Source: Phoronis australis (taxonomy: Eukaryota > Animalia > Phoronida). Taken from it: a DNA stretch of 64,000 bases. This document shows positions 13,001-24,550 of this stretch, piece after piece. Numbering within the stretch: the stretch's first letter is position 1; the number at the start of each line of letters is the position of its first letter. The notes under the pieces were generated by a model. It ran no database searches, was not told the origin of the DNA, and saw only the letters and a list, made by a program, of their open reading frames with translations. Both the position numbers and the translations under genes were made by a program. The stretch spans positions 24,029 through 88,028 of the forward strand of contig NMRA01000131.1 of NCBI GenBank assembly GCA_002633005.1. Direction: 5' to 3'.

Positions 13001-14604
13001 GACAGAGCTGTCACTTGGTGCGCATGTCTTGTTCGAGTCAAGTGTGAGGCTTGAAGAAAGGAATCAGCTCTACCAGGTGTAGCCACTGAGGCCTCCTGAA
13101 GCAAGCGGTACGAATACGTCATAGTGACGTGACGAGAGCTGACGTATTGTTCCAGCTCAGGTAACCAGCCGTCTTCGAAACATTTCTATTAATAGTGCTT
13201 ATGGCCTGTTATTCAGAAAATCTACAGTCTCAATTGCTTTCAGGATGGTGGGTAACGTTTTAGAACAATAAATTGCAATTACAAGTGGTTAATCTAGAGT
13301 AAGGGATTGCTCAAACAACTTGACCTTGGGAATAAGGTATTGCGGAATTAAAGCGTAATTTTTGTAGGTATTATTTATTGGAATGGGTTTCTTAGAAAAA
13401 TTGGTCTCTTAATTAGGCCTTATTAAACAACTTACACTGTAGGCTACATATGCGAATAGCTACTGTAGTGATTTAAACAGGAAATCCCAGCTCCTGTCTT
13501 CAGATGTGCTGAAGCCAACCAAAAGTATTATCTCCAATCAGTTAAAACAATTTAGGATATATATTTATATACATAGTTAATCAAAAAAGTACATACCTAA
13601 ATTAGAATATCTCATTCAAAATAATATTACACGAACAATGAACTCGAGGTCAACATTATGCAAGTCTCAGAGCTGATGTCACCTGTTTGGGTATTGTTGT
13701 CCGAATGAGCAGAGGTCAGCTTCAGCTGTTAGACAATATGTCACCACAAACAATTAGATGGACGCAAATAATAACAAACGTTTGTTTATACAACATGTTC
13801 CTCAAGACAATTAATTATGCCTGGATCTGTTTTAAAATATAGTGCAACAAGGAATTCACCTCATTGGGATACAAGTAAAACCTGGTGATTTTGTTGTTAT
13901 TTCATCCTTCTGGTGAACCTTAAATTACCTAAATTACCTTAATTGGTTTAACTTATGTCACCATCAAGTTCAAACTAAAATATAAACACATTAATTAACA
14001 AATTAACCTTTAGCTATGATCAAATTATAAATGATGATAAAAGTTTCAGCAATTGTTCTTTGAAAATTTAGAAAAAATGTCCGATTTCCTTTAATTACAG
14101 AGACGATTTGTTACATAATTAATTATAAATATTTTGACAAAGACATTTAAAAATGAAGTTCTGTAAAAGGTTAAACATTCTAGAGTTGACTTAATGCATA
14201 TTCATACTAGTTTGACAGTTTTTCTCAGCTAGAGAAAACAAATAGACTTAATTTCCATGGAAAATATATATGCTCTATTAATTATGATAATTACCATCTT
14301 AAGTGTCAGGAAAATTACTTTTATGCTTTTAACTTGTTTTTTAGAAGTTATCAACATTAATTTGAAATCAAAATAAAGTATCCTGCTTATCACCTGAAAC
14401 AGCAATGAAGCAGATACTTTGTGTCAAGTCATTTAAAAAAAAATACCTACGTGACCTTTGACCTTGATTTGACCTTGACCCCAAATTTCGGGCAACCGAC
14501 CCTCATGAGATTCAGCGTGTCCCAAAGTATCTGTGTACCAACTTTGGTGCTTTAATCCGGAGTGTAAATGTTTTGGGGGTTTTGGCTGCTAAGGGACCGG
14601 ACTA
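10086..14604 (-). mobile_element. Decayed Academ-type DNA transposon with about 130-150 bp TIRs
   Basis: The left end taagtccaggcccttaacccgaaaacatttacacgtcggattaaagcaccaaa...gaatctcatgggggtcggttgccc...ggtcaaggtcaa matches the reverse complement of the right end (14450-14604, tagtccggtccctta...aaaacatttacactccggattaaagcaccaaa...). TAG/CTA-type termini and internal transposase remnants are present. Confidence 0.8.
10800..13095 (-). pseudogene. Fragmented Academ transposase with XPG-like nuclease region
   Basis: Broken minus-strand ORFs carry FLQASHLTRTRHAHQVTALSL, FFALDLQNYARWVSLH, GNPF, VDIVFDAY..SLKA, DTDVVVVLL, ALPMFHALTGLDTTSQFYGKEKKTAWE (about 11260-11343) and LYQAG, with many stops and frameshifts. 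Confidence 0.75.
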
Positions 14605-14699
14605 TGTACAATGTAGCAAGTCTTCTAGCTTCAACTAATATATTCCACTCTGAGCACTTTCCAGACTTCTGTCAAAATTATAATAATGTACTTAATTAA

Positions 14700-15600
14700 C
14701 GATTGGCTAAAGAAAACCACATGACCCGATCTAATTATATCATTGGCTGTTAGGATATGATCTCTTTACTGAGAACAAAGGAGCCCTATGACACGTGACA
14801 ATCATCAGCCTTTGGGAGCCAGGAGCTGACCAAACTCGTGGCAGTAACACAAACGAACCAATAGTGAGGCTGGAAATGGAATGTGCTAGTGCCTCGAGTG
14901 CAGGAGGACCGCATGGGAATCTACACAAGGGGTTAATGGACCAGTCCAAAAGATGGGGGTATAAGTGGGACGAGTCCATATTCTCAAATAAATATATTTA
15001 ACGAGTGAAATATCATTTATGTTCGGAATATGTCCCGAAAATAATAGGTGCGTCGCAAGCTCCGTTTCCAGAGATACAAAGGAGACCGTGTATAGGCGAT
15101 ATAAGGTCATTTATTATGACTGATAAGGTACAGAAATATGAGTGTACAAATAACATAAAGATAAAATAATAATCTCTGGAAAGATGGGCAATAAGAAGCA
15201 CCACGAGAGATGTTGAAGACAGCTCATGCCCTGTTTGCGACGTCCTCGACTCCGCCTTCTGCACCAGCGCCGGACGTTTCCACCGTAGTCTCGTCGGTTA
15301 TCCAGCAACTTCGCCAGGATCCATCTCTCCTCTCTGTGCCGCCGTCGGTCTCAGCGCCCCTGCCAGCAGCTCCGTCGGTCATCACTGTGCAGTCTCCACC
15401 GCTGCCTCTACCTTCAACCGTCCATCCGCCGACCAACGACCAGCCGTTGCCCATCACTCTTCCCCCGGTCTCAGGTACCGACATTTTACCGTTAGGGTTT
15501 AATGTCGATGATAAGGTCCGCGGCATGATTGTTTCGAATCAGTTTGCTGATTTTTATTCCCTACTTTGCCCTCATCATTTTTACGAACTTGTAGCAACCA
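14700..15600 (+). mobile_element. Possible 5' remnant of a DIRS/Ngaro-like (tyrosine-recombinase) retrotransposon with a gag-like ORF1 fragment
   Basis: A Pro/Ser-rich low-complexity stretch is followed by LPLGFNVDDKVRGMIVSNQFADFYSLL (ORF 15210-15650). This resembles the LG..V..K++.+I..N.F+DF..LL motif I recall from invertebrate DIRS-type ORF1. No RT or YR domain is visible. Confidence 0.4.
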
Positions 15601-15656
15601 CCTGGTACAACAAATGCTGTCTTCAGGCCGTGGTTTTTCAATCTTCGTAAAGTCCT

Positions 15657-15891
15657 AGGCCTGTTCCAAGTTCATTTTTGACTTAAGTTTAAGGTTTGCC
15701 TTAACTGCCACACTTTGAAACTTCCACATTCGGTAAGTTAGTCAAAATTAAGACAAAAATTATGTCAAACACTAGTAAGTCAAAATAAAGATCTCTTTCT
15801 TCAATTTGTTTTGAAACAAATTCAACTTATTTTAAAATTTACAAAAATTTACGATTTGCCTTAGCTAAGTCAGTTTTGTTGGAACGGGCCC
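15657..15891. mobile_element. PIF/Harbinger-like MITE
   Basis: Termini are aggcctgttccaa and ttggaacgggccc, with internal tgacttaag/ttagctaagtca subterminal motifs. No clear TSD. Confidence 0.5.
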
Positions 15892-15904
15892 ATGGTCTTT
15901 ACTG

Positions 15905-17790
15905 ATCATAGCCAGGGTTGCCCATCGGTTCCGAGTCAATCTTGCTGATGGCGTTCAAACGACGAAAAAAAATCGATACAGAATCGATTTGAACCATTTT
16001 TGTTCTTCACCAAGACCACCGGAGAGTTTCAGGGAACTTCGGACGATTCTATGACTCCACATTTTAACATGTTATCAACTTCTTCCTGCACATCAGACCG
16101 TGTGGCATATGGCAGACGATATGGTCTGACTCTCACCGGCTCTTCACTGATGGTCTCAGTCTTGTGCTCAACCAAATAGGTCGTACCCGGTACCTCACTA
16201 CAGATGTCAGAGTAGTACTCTTCAGCGGACTTGTCACCTCCCTTCGTTAGCTAGTAGTGAGCTCGTCTGATATCTTGACATCTTTATACTTTCTTTTTGG
16301 TTTGTCGATCCTAGCTCTAGCTATGACTGTGATGTTACCATCTATACTTGCAGTGCCACTTTGGTCAAGAGATATGTACAGTTTCAACAGGTTCGCATGG
16401 TATATTTTGGCCTTTCCCCTAACTCTTACTCGGTGGTCCATCTTGTTGAGCACCTCGGTCACTTCATAGGGACCCTTCCACTGCAGGACCAGCTCATAAA
16501 TGTCAGTTGGTAACAATATTAGGACTTGGTCTCCAACTTTGAAGCGACGCTCTCGTGTCTTTTAGTCACAATGATGCTTATATGCTTCACCAGCATTTCG
16601 TGGCAGTTGGCATGTCTCTTCCAGACGATGTCATAAGTAGAGAACAAACTCGTGCTTCGTACTTCTGGTGTTTCATTGCCAGTCCACATTTTTAAGCACC
16701 TGCATGGGTCCTTGCACAGTTTTACCATACAACAGTTCAGATGGCGAGAAACCTGAGCTCACTTGTGGTACCTCTCGGTTTTCAAACAGTACTGCTGGTA
16801 AGTACCGATCCCAATCTCGGCATATTTTCTTAAGCATACTCTTCAATACACCATTAATACGCGCACACCGTCCATTGCATTTCGGATTGTACGGAGTGGT
16901 GAACAGTTCCCTTAAGGATATTAGCCAGGTTCTTCCATAAGCGGCATCTCTCCCAAAGACACTTAAGAGATCCTGCTCTTAAGAGTTATCCGCTGGCAGA
17001 TGTCACATGATCTCCAAAAACGACTTACGTCACTGCCAACTCCTGGCCAATGAAAGCTACTGGATATTCTATCGCTGGTCTCCTTCACACCAAGGTGCCC
17101 ACCTACAACTAAGTCGTGAGCTAGCGTCATGACCTGTTGTCGATATTTGGCAGGGACAATTATGTGACGAAACCATTTGGTGTTACACTGGGTACACGAC
17201 TAAGGACATAACACCACCTTGTGGCTGCCAATTGGGACCAGGACGTTTTCTGACGCCAACAGCATTCCTTATGATGAGGTCGTAGATCGGTGAGAGCATA
17301 CACATGGCCTCGATTTCACTCACGAAGTATGGGATCGCACTGTCCCATCTATTAACACGCAGATGTGTTGTTCCCCATCAGCTGACTTTCTTTTACTAGG
17401 GACGTCTTCACCGCCGCATTACTACAATCGATGTCACGCATCATGCGTATCTTAGTCTCCTTGACGTATAGGTTGCAAACGGGCATATTGTGGTCTGCAG
17501 GAGGCTCTCCGTGTGCTTATCGCAGGCCCCTCTCTCTACGGGTATCGGTGTCCCATCGACTAACTTGAGACAGCCATCAACTATGTGCTGCTCTACTGGG
17601 CTACCCGTCGCTACCACAGCTTGAAACATTCCCGCCTTCTTGGTGTCTTCTCTTTTAGTCCGTTCATGCTTCGAGGCAGACGATTGCTAGTCTGGAGCGG
17701 ATCTTTTGGTATGCGACTGTTTGATCCAGCAGTCCCTGGTTAGATGACCCTTCCGATGACAATTGAAAACCTCTATGTCACCCTTATTTC
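15905..17790 (-). mobile_element. Decayed Gmr1-like Ty3/gypsy retrotransposon (gag - PR - IN - RT order)
   Basis: Minus strand, in order: degenerate zinc knuckle FNCHRKGHLTRDCW (about 17725-17770); integrase HHCC LAHDLVVGGHLGVKET..FHWPGVGSDVSRFWRSCDICQR (about 16990-17130); integrase core TTPYNPKCNGRCARINGVLKSML..WDRYLPAVLFENREVP..GFSPSELLYG; WKGPYEV..IYHANLLKLY; then RT N-terminus PYRLPYA..VQEEVDNML..SPVVLVKNKNGSNRFCIDF.RRLNAI (about 15920-16130). Confidence 0.85.
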
Positions 17791-20700
17791 TGGTCATCAA
17801 CTAACGAGGAGTCGCTATCCTTCGTTGCTCTGTGTTGCTTGGCGGTGCCTGTCTCGTGACCACCTGATCTAAGTCTTTCTTTGCGAATCCTTTGCCCAAT
17901 AAACCTAATTAAGTTCATCAACACTATTGTTAATGTTATATTTGAATGTCATTGCCGCAACACTATTGTTAGCTATTTGTAATGTTATGTTTGAAGAATA
18001 AGTGGTAATAATAAAAAAAAATGTTCTCGTGTACATTCACCTGATGCATATATGACGATCTCGTGCGTATCCCAATCAGCTAATATGATATAACACAGTT
18101 TTTAGGAAACTTCATAAAATTGCTAGGTGGTTAGCCGCAGGTACGTAGCTTATTTTACGTTAATGTTTCAGAAATTCATTAAATATGTGCCTCGGCAACG
18201 ATTGCAGTGGTCCAACATCTATATGTCTATAATTAAACATTCTCAAGTAAACGGTTCTTTTGGGAAGTGTTAAGTGGCCCTTAAAAGGGACGTTGCTTGT
18301 ATTGTGCATGGGCCTTAGGTATAGTGTGAAATGGTTCTTAAAAGAACCGTTGAACAATTCAACATACCGGTAAATCACCTAGTATACCGTGCTCACCCAA
18401 TTACCGAAGGTCTTCATTCAACTTTTCGCCAGGGAAGGTTGGATGAAAACAAATAAGATGACAATTGTAACTCCTTAAATAGATGTTGCCGTTCACCAAC
18501 GTTGTCCAGGGTAGTAGGAAGGGGAGGGGGGGGGACGTGCCCCCCCAAAATTTTCAAGCATCAGGGTTGAATCGTGCCCACCGACACAGGCGTGAAGCCG
18601 CGGACAGTCGAGAAAAGAAAGACTGCGAATACAGATAAGAAAGAAAATTCAAGAGAGTATTTGACAACTCAGCATCCTTGCTTGGTTTACCCTTTGGGGC
18701 CCTGGCCAGGACATTGTTGTTAGTGTCTCCTTTTTTGCTGCATAGGTCGTCTAAACGCACTTGAAAACGTGCACATATATGTATTTTGAAAAATCGAGAA
18801 AAATTTAAAATCAATAAGACAATATTGCGAATGCATTGCTATATTTTTCTAGAGGCTCGTCTCTGGCAAGGGATAACGGAGACAACTTTCACTTTGTTTT
18901 TTTTTCCTCAAAATTGTATTTCACTTGAGAAAAATTGATGACCTGACAGATAACATCAATTGCTGTGCATTTCCTGATCTTTGAAAATCTATATCTTCTC
19001 ATATTTAGGGGCCCAGCCCTTGAAGGGAGCCATTGATGACATTCAAGTGGCCGCCCTTTTCGTGTTTTTATTGACAAATTTTTAAGGGACCTCTCATAGA
19101 TAGAGGGCTCAAGGTTTGAATCGATTGCCTCTATTTTCCTGTTTTTTGTAACTCGCCCAACCGGCTTTCATGTTGAGGAAGGTCTCTATCACACGACGAT
19201 GGAATGAACTGTGATCACTCTTTTCCAAGCTTAAAGTCCTTCTCTCACACGTTGTTAACCCTTATTACATGGTTAGAGGATGTTATAAGGATCCAAGAAG
19301 TACCTACCCCATAACTAATACACGATCCGTACTCGAAAAAAGTTTAAATGAACGCCCCACTCACGATTCGCACCCGAAGAACCACCGCTATTTTGAACTT
19401 GCCGCGAACCCGGAAGTACAATTCATTCAGGAACCCACGCCGAGAAAACGCCGTCAGTGCGACTGGAGCAGTGCCTGTACTGTTACCAGCCATCAAACGG
19501 GGATAAAATAATCGACAGCGCGCCTTAATTTTAATAAAACCAAATTACGGACAATTTTATCGAATTTGCTGAAGAAATGTGGCGAATAAATTTTGACAGA
19601 AATTATTTTGACTCGGGACCGCAGCCTATCGGACACGGTGCGGATCAAGACCAGACACAGGCGAACGGTAAATGCATGCTGTTGCAAGCTGTTTTGTCGA
19701 AGTAAAATAGTCAAATCATAAATGCTCCATATATTCAAGGGTAGTTCCAGACACTTGCATGAAATTACGGGCTGGTTAGTCCTGTGTCACACTGCCGCGG
19801 CAGACCTTAGTTAGCCTCAGTCACCAGCTACCAGTGAAGACTATCGTCAAAATATAGCTTGTTAGTAGGCCTATACAGCTTTGCTCCAAGGCTACTCTTA
19901 GGCCTAACTGGTCGCTGGCCACAGCGCTCGCTCAAACGAGGTTTATTTAGAACTTGGGTACTTCTGGTGAACTGTGCAAAGTTGTTGGCTTTCAATTGAG
20001 ATTTTCCCAGACTTTGTAAGAGCGCACCAAGGCTAAAAGAATGGAGGGGGGATGGGCTGGAATTTTTGGGAATGTCTATCTTTTATTATAAGATTCAGTG
20101 GGTACGTTCAGAGCTATGAATTGCAGACGCTAAATTTTGGTACTTCCTGTCTTCTAGTGGAATATTGTCTCATTTTCTACTTTTTTCGGAATTCGTGCTT
20201 CTCTGACTGAGGCAGACCTTTTTCCAGTTCTCCAAAAAGGGAGCTCGTTCGAGCACATAAGTATGAGAAGTTCCATAACAAAATGTTATCATTTTTTATT
20301 CATTAAGCCAAAGTGATTCAAACTTTTGACATAATACGTAACTTAAAATGCACAATACTTTACAACATTTAGCATTACAAACACTATTCAACAGCAACAG
20401 TTTCCATGATATGAAAGTGGACATTCATGTAACTATTACCATGGTGACGGAATAGTGTTTCCTTACACCAGAATTTGACAAGCATCATTTAAAAAAATAT
20501 GAAGTTGCAAGGAACAAGAATTAGAGGCTTGAGGCTTCACAATCCAACATAACTTATTTCTCAAATTAAGATTATTCATATTGTTGACTTGATAACCTGA
20601 ATTAAGAAGCAGTAAGTTACAAAATATGACTTGAAAGCAATTGAGACTTAAAATTTAGAAAAATATGAATCATTTTGTGACACCGAATCAAGTCTTGAAA

Positions 20701-22140
20701 AGCAGTTGACAGTCAAACAAAAAACCATTTCAAAATTATTTCAACTCTTTTTTTAGCTTCGTGTAAGATCACCTGAATGGGAAATTTACAGTAAAATAAT
20801 TCGAATACATCTTATATTTTTGCACAAAAAACACGAAAATTGAACAAAGTTTCTTTTTTGTAGCAACGTTTGTCAAAATGTATCAACGTTAAATCTTCAC
20901 AAATTAGAAAGTAGCCGATTGAACATGCCTTTCAGTTCAGCAAAAGTCGTCATGTTGTCGGTGCCGCCAGAAATGAGACGAAGTCCAACGGGAATTGTGA
21001 GCACATTTATCACTTAATGAGTAACAACTGCGAGGCTAACATTTGGTGAACACTGTTAAATCGTGCAGAATAGTAAGTAATGATATGTCTAACTAAATTT
21101 CACCGTAATTTGTTGGCGAAAACAATTTACACAAAATTTTTAAATTCGTAACTTATCCCGCTGTCCTCCAATATGGCCGACGCGATCCAAATAAAGTGAC
21201 CCAAATTTCGCCACAAAACTAGCAATAACTTTATACTGCTTGCCTCGATTTTGATACTTTTTCGATTTTTACTGAGTAGAATGCACTACCTTTCCGATGA
21301 TAGCAAAGTACTTTTTAAAAACGAGAAAAAAATAAAACCGAAAAAATAGGTTCGACCCATATTGGTTCCTAGGTTCGACCGGCCTACGTAAGGAACTAAA
21401 CACCAATGCTATTTTAACATACTAAGTACGCGTAACATTCCAAAAAACATCAAGAACCACTAACTACAAACTATAAATACACTACATATGCAAACGAATC
21501 ACGAGATATTACTAACAAAACAAAATAATGAAGACTTTTCGAGCAAGCGATAGCACATTCAGTTACAAGGAAAAAAATGGCGGCTTTCAGGACAAGTTCC
21601 TGAACTGATGAGCCGGAAATGTGGGTACGGAAATAACCGATGACAACCGGTAATCATACGCTCAGAGAGAAGGGTCAAATACTGTTGAAAAATCGCTTTT
21701 GGCAAGAAAGGCGAAAAGAATATAAAGAAAGGGTGTCGAAAATAAGATTTTGTGAAGTAAGTATTTTCGGATACTGGAACCACATGGGCATTTTGAGAGA
21801 AGGACTTTAACGATGTGTGGCCTTTCATCTGAAGGTGTCCCATTTCACAGGATCCTCTCTTGGTGGGGCAGTTCGGAGGCATTGTCCCTTTGTCCATGTA
21901 AGTCCGACACTGCCAAGTATTCACGAGGGGAAGAGGAGATCCCGAATTCATCAAAAACACAAGACATTCGCGCACAGCACAGCACAGCAGTAAAAAGACA
22001 TTCGACCCAAACAAACAAAACTGTGAAAAACACATTAGGATTGACCGCCATCGAAAAGTTGTAATTTTGAAGAACGGGAAGACTAATATTTGTGAATTAC
22101 ACAAAATGACTATTTCCGATGGTTGCTTATAAAATAAATA

Positions 22141-22302
22141 TAGATTATTACATGGCGAAGTCGTTATCCCCCGTTATCTAGAGCCCGAGTGGATTTTGGA
22201 GAATTATCGCCCGAGGGGCGTTAGCCCCGAGGGTGATAATTCTACAAAATCCACGAGGGCTCTAGATGAGGGGGATAACGACTGAGAACATGTAATAATC
22301 TA
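22141..22302 (+). repeat. Long imperfect palindrome (162-nt hairpin), probably the end of a non-autonomous element
   Basis: Paired segments: tagattattacatg/catgtaataatcta, agtcgttatccccc/gggggataacgact, tctagagccc/gggctctaga, gtggattttg/caaaatccac and gaattatc/gataattc. Apical loop GTTA at 22220-22223. Confidence 0.9.
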
Positions 22303-22851
22303 TTTATACCACATACTGAACGAGAAACATTGCAATGAATAGATCTACCTTTCTCGACTCGCCTCGGCTTTGTAACTACTTTCTATGTCAGAGACCCGGG
22401 GTCGGAGGTCGTGACCTTTTAAGAAAAGCCGAGATATTTTTGTAAAATAATGCTTTTACTCAAAACCAATTGAAAAATAAAACAAAATAGAAATAAAGTG
22501 AATCTATAAATTAAGGTTTAGCAACTGTTATAGCTTACTACACATTTTTTCACGCTAAGCTTCGACCGGGAATATATCGTCTGCTAAAGTAGGTTACCAC
22601 TAGTAACTGACTATAATGCTCAAGTCAAAGGATCCCGACCACACGACACCTGCATTCTAATTGGAGATCGGTGGTTTACAAGTGAGAGAACACGAGAGAA
22701 AAATTTCACTGAATTAAAATATCGTTTTTATGGAAATTATGCGTCTCATTTTTCATAGCGTATAAATGTCGTTGCAATGCCCTTTGCTGAACATGCGATT
22801 GTTGCGCGTGCTCATTTAAGTATTCTATTTTCACGTTCGATGACGTCAGCC

Positions 22852-22920
22852 GCTGAGTGGTGTAGTGGTAAAGTCGGCGACTCGCAACTGTTGAGGCCCG
22901 GGTTCGAATCCGGCCTCGGT
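22852..22920 (+). other. tRNA-like sequence with Pol III A and B boxes (tRNA pseudogene or SINE-type head), not a convincing functional tRNA
   Basis: A box TGGTGTAGTGG (22858), B box GGTTCGAATCC (22901), T arm ccggg-ttcgaat-ccgg, partial acceptor pairing gctgag/ctcggt. D and anticodon stems are poor. Confidence 0.6.
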
Positions 22921-23254
22921 TTCCCGCCAAAATGTTATCTCACCAGTGAGATAACTAAATGGGTTATTACACCATAAGACTATAGATAGGGACTGCCAAC
23001 TCTCGTTAGAGCGCGTTGCGCATGTCGCGGGCCACGGGACATAAGCACTAACGATGAGAGGGCGCTGCACACGCAGGATAGAAAACTTCCGGTTTTATGG
23101 AGCGGTCGTTCCCTCGTTTCAAGGTTTGGTAAAGTAATGAGTCGAATTGCTTGATTTTTTGGAGTGTTTAAGACTTGTAAAAATAAAATGCGTATATTGT
23201 TCTCTGTCATGTCATTTAAAACATTCACAAGATAATTCAGACATGTTATGAGTT

Positions 23255-23902
23255 TGTAACGGGGGCGGTATCTACGACCAAGGCGCCCCGATTTTACGAG
23301 CCCGGTGCGGACTGAGGGTGATATTGAAAACTAAAAGTTGGTGAATAATACATAGGTTTATTGTAAGAATATATGACTACAATATTTCACTCTTACAAGC
23401 AATCCAGTTGTTCCATGACTTAGTATCGCAGCGTTGTGATTTATACAGTTCTGATACACGGGCAAGCCAGTCGCTGATTAATACTTGTGTGTGCAAGAAC
23501 GGGGCAATTTGGTTATTCAGATCCGAAAGGTGAGATGCAATCAAGCTCGGGAGGAGCCCGAGAATTGCATGGGGCTAAACTATTGGCAACCAAGTTCGGG
23601 AGGAGCCCGAAAGCTGCTCAAACAGTTGCAATTTGGTGTGAGTGAAGGTGTAAATGTTTGCTTCTTGAACTCTGCGACTGATCGACTCCTCGTGTCTGAC
23701 AGAGACAAAGCTTAAGTACACAATTTCAACCAATCAGACACGATCTGAAGGGCAAGGCCCATAGCTCCTAGCTTCTGACCATATTTGGCCATGTCCAAAG
23801 GACTCAACATCATAGGAAAATTCCATACGTAATACACAGCTTGACCACTAGAGGGCGCATACATCTTACTTACATAATCATGTCCAGGGCACTCCTGTTA
23901 CA
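23255..23902. mobile_element. Solo LTR (648 bp) with 4-bp TSD AGTT
   Basis: Begins TGTAAC and ends GTTACA (inverted termini). Flanked by agtt at 23251-23254 and agtt at 23903-23906. No internal coding region. Confidence 0.8.
23843..23859 (+). promoter_or_regulatory. CTCF-type binding motif inside the solo LTR
   Basis: gaCCACTAGAGGGCGCa matches the bilaterian CTCF core consensus CC(A/G)C(C/T)AG(A/G)(G/T)GGC(G/A)C. Motif match only. Confidence 0.5.
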
Positions 23903-24334
23903 AGTTATTAACGCCAGAAACGTCTTCAGCTGATTTTCCCGTGTTTATCATGTACACTTACGCAGTCGCATCAGCTGATTTTTTGTTGCAATTAGTATTG
24001 ATGTTTGTTTAAATTGAGTACCGTACAAATCAGCTCATAATCATGAGCACAAGTATTAACCAACAAAAATGAATTTATAACAATGTTTCACAATAAATAT
24101 TTGTAATTCAAATACAGTTTGTTCCAGGGGGAAGGGCCAAGGTCTAACTGACATTGACATATCATTTGCAAAACTTGAGTGTCAAAAACTTGTGTGCCAA
24201 AAACTTGTGTGTCAAAAACTTGCTGTCACTACTATCATAGGCCAAAAGTACATTGTAAGGCAACTTCTAAACATAGCTACGATTATGCAAAATTGGTTCG
24301 ATACATGACACTTGTTGCTGTTAACAATCTTTAT

Positions 24335-24550
24335 TCCATTCCGTTCGTATCGTCAGAACATTGGTAAAGAAACTGACCAAGAGACGACGAACTATATTTC
24401 AAAAATACTTGTTTCATCAAGTGGAAATAAAATGATCAGTAATACCACCACAAAGTAAAAGCTAATCAAATATGCAATGGTACACAGCAGGTGTGAAATA
24501 CTACAAAGACTGACAAATGGAGGGGGTAACAAGAATGTCGCGCTAACGGA
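24335..24550 (+). repeat. Dispersed repeat; second copy at about 34720-34960
   Basis: Both sites share ttccgttcgtatc..cagaaca.tggt.aag.aactgaccaagagac..tatttc.aaa.atacttgtttcat..caagtggaaataaaatga..cagtaat.ccaccaca..acagcaggtgtgaaatact. Confidence 0.75.

Noticed and set aside
21559-22104. 181-aa minus-strand ORF and overlapping ORFs
   Set aside because: No recognisable motif, a non-ATG start and no supporting splice structure.
22852-22920. Functional tRNA-Ala(CGC) gene
   Set aside because: The D and anticodon stems do not pair properly and the acceptor stem is short. Kept only as a tRNA-like cassette.
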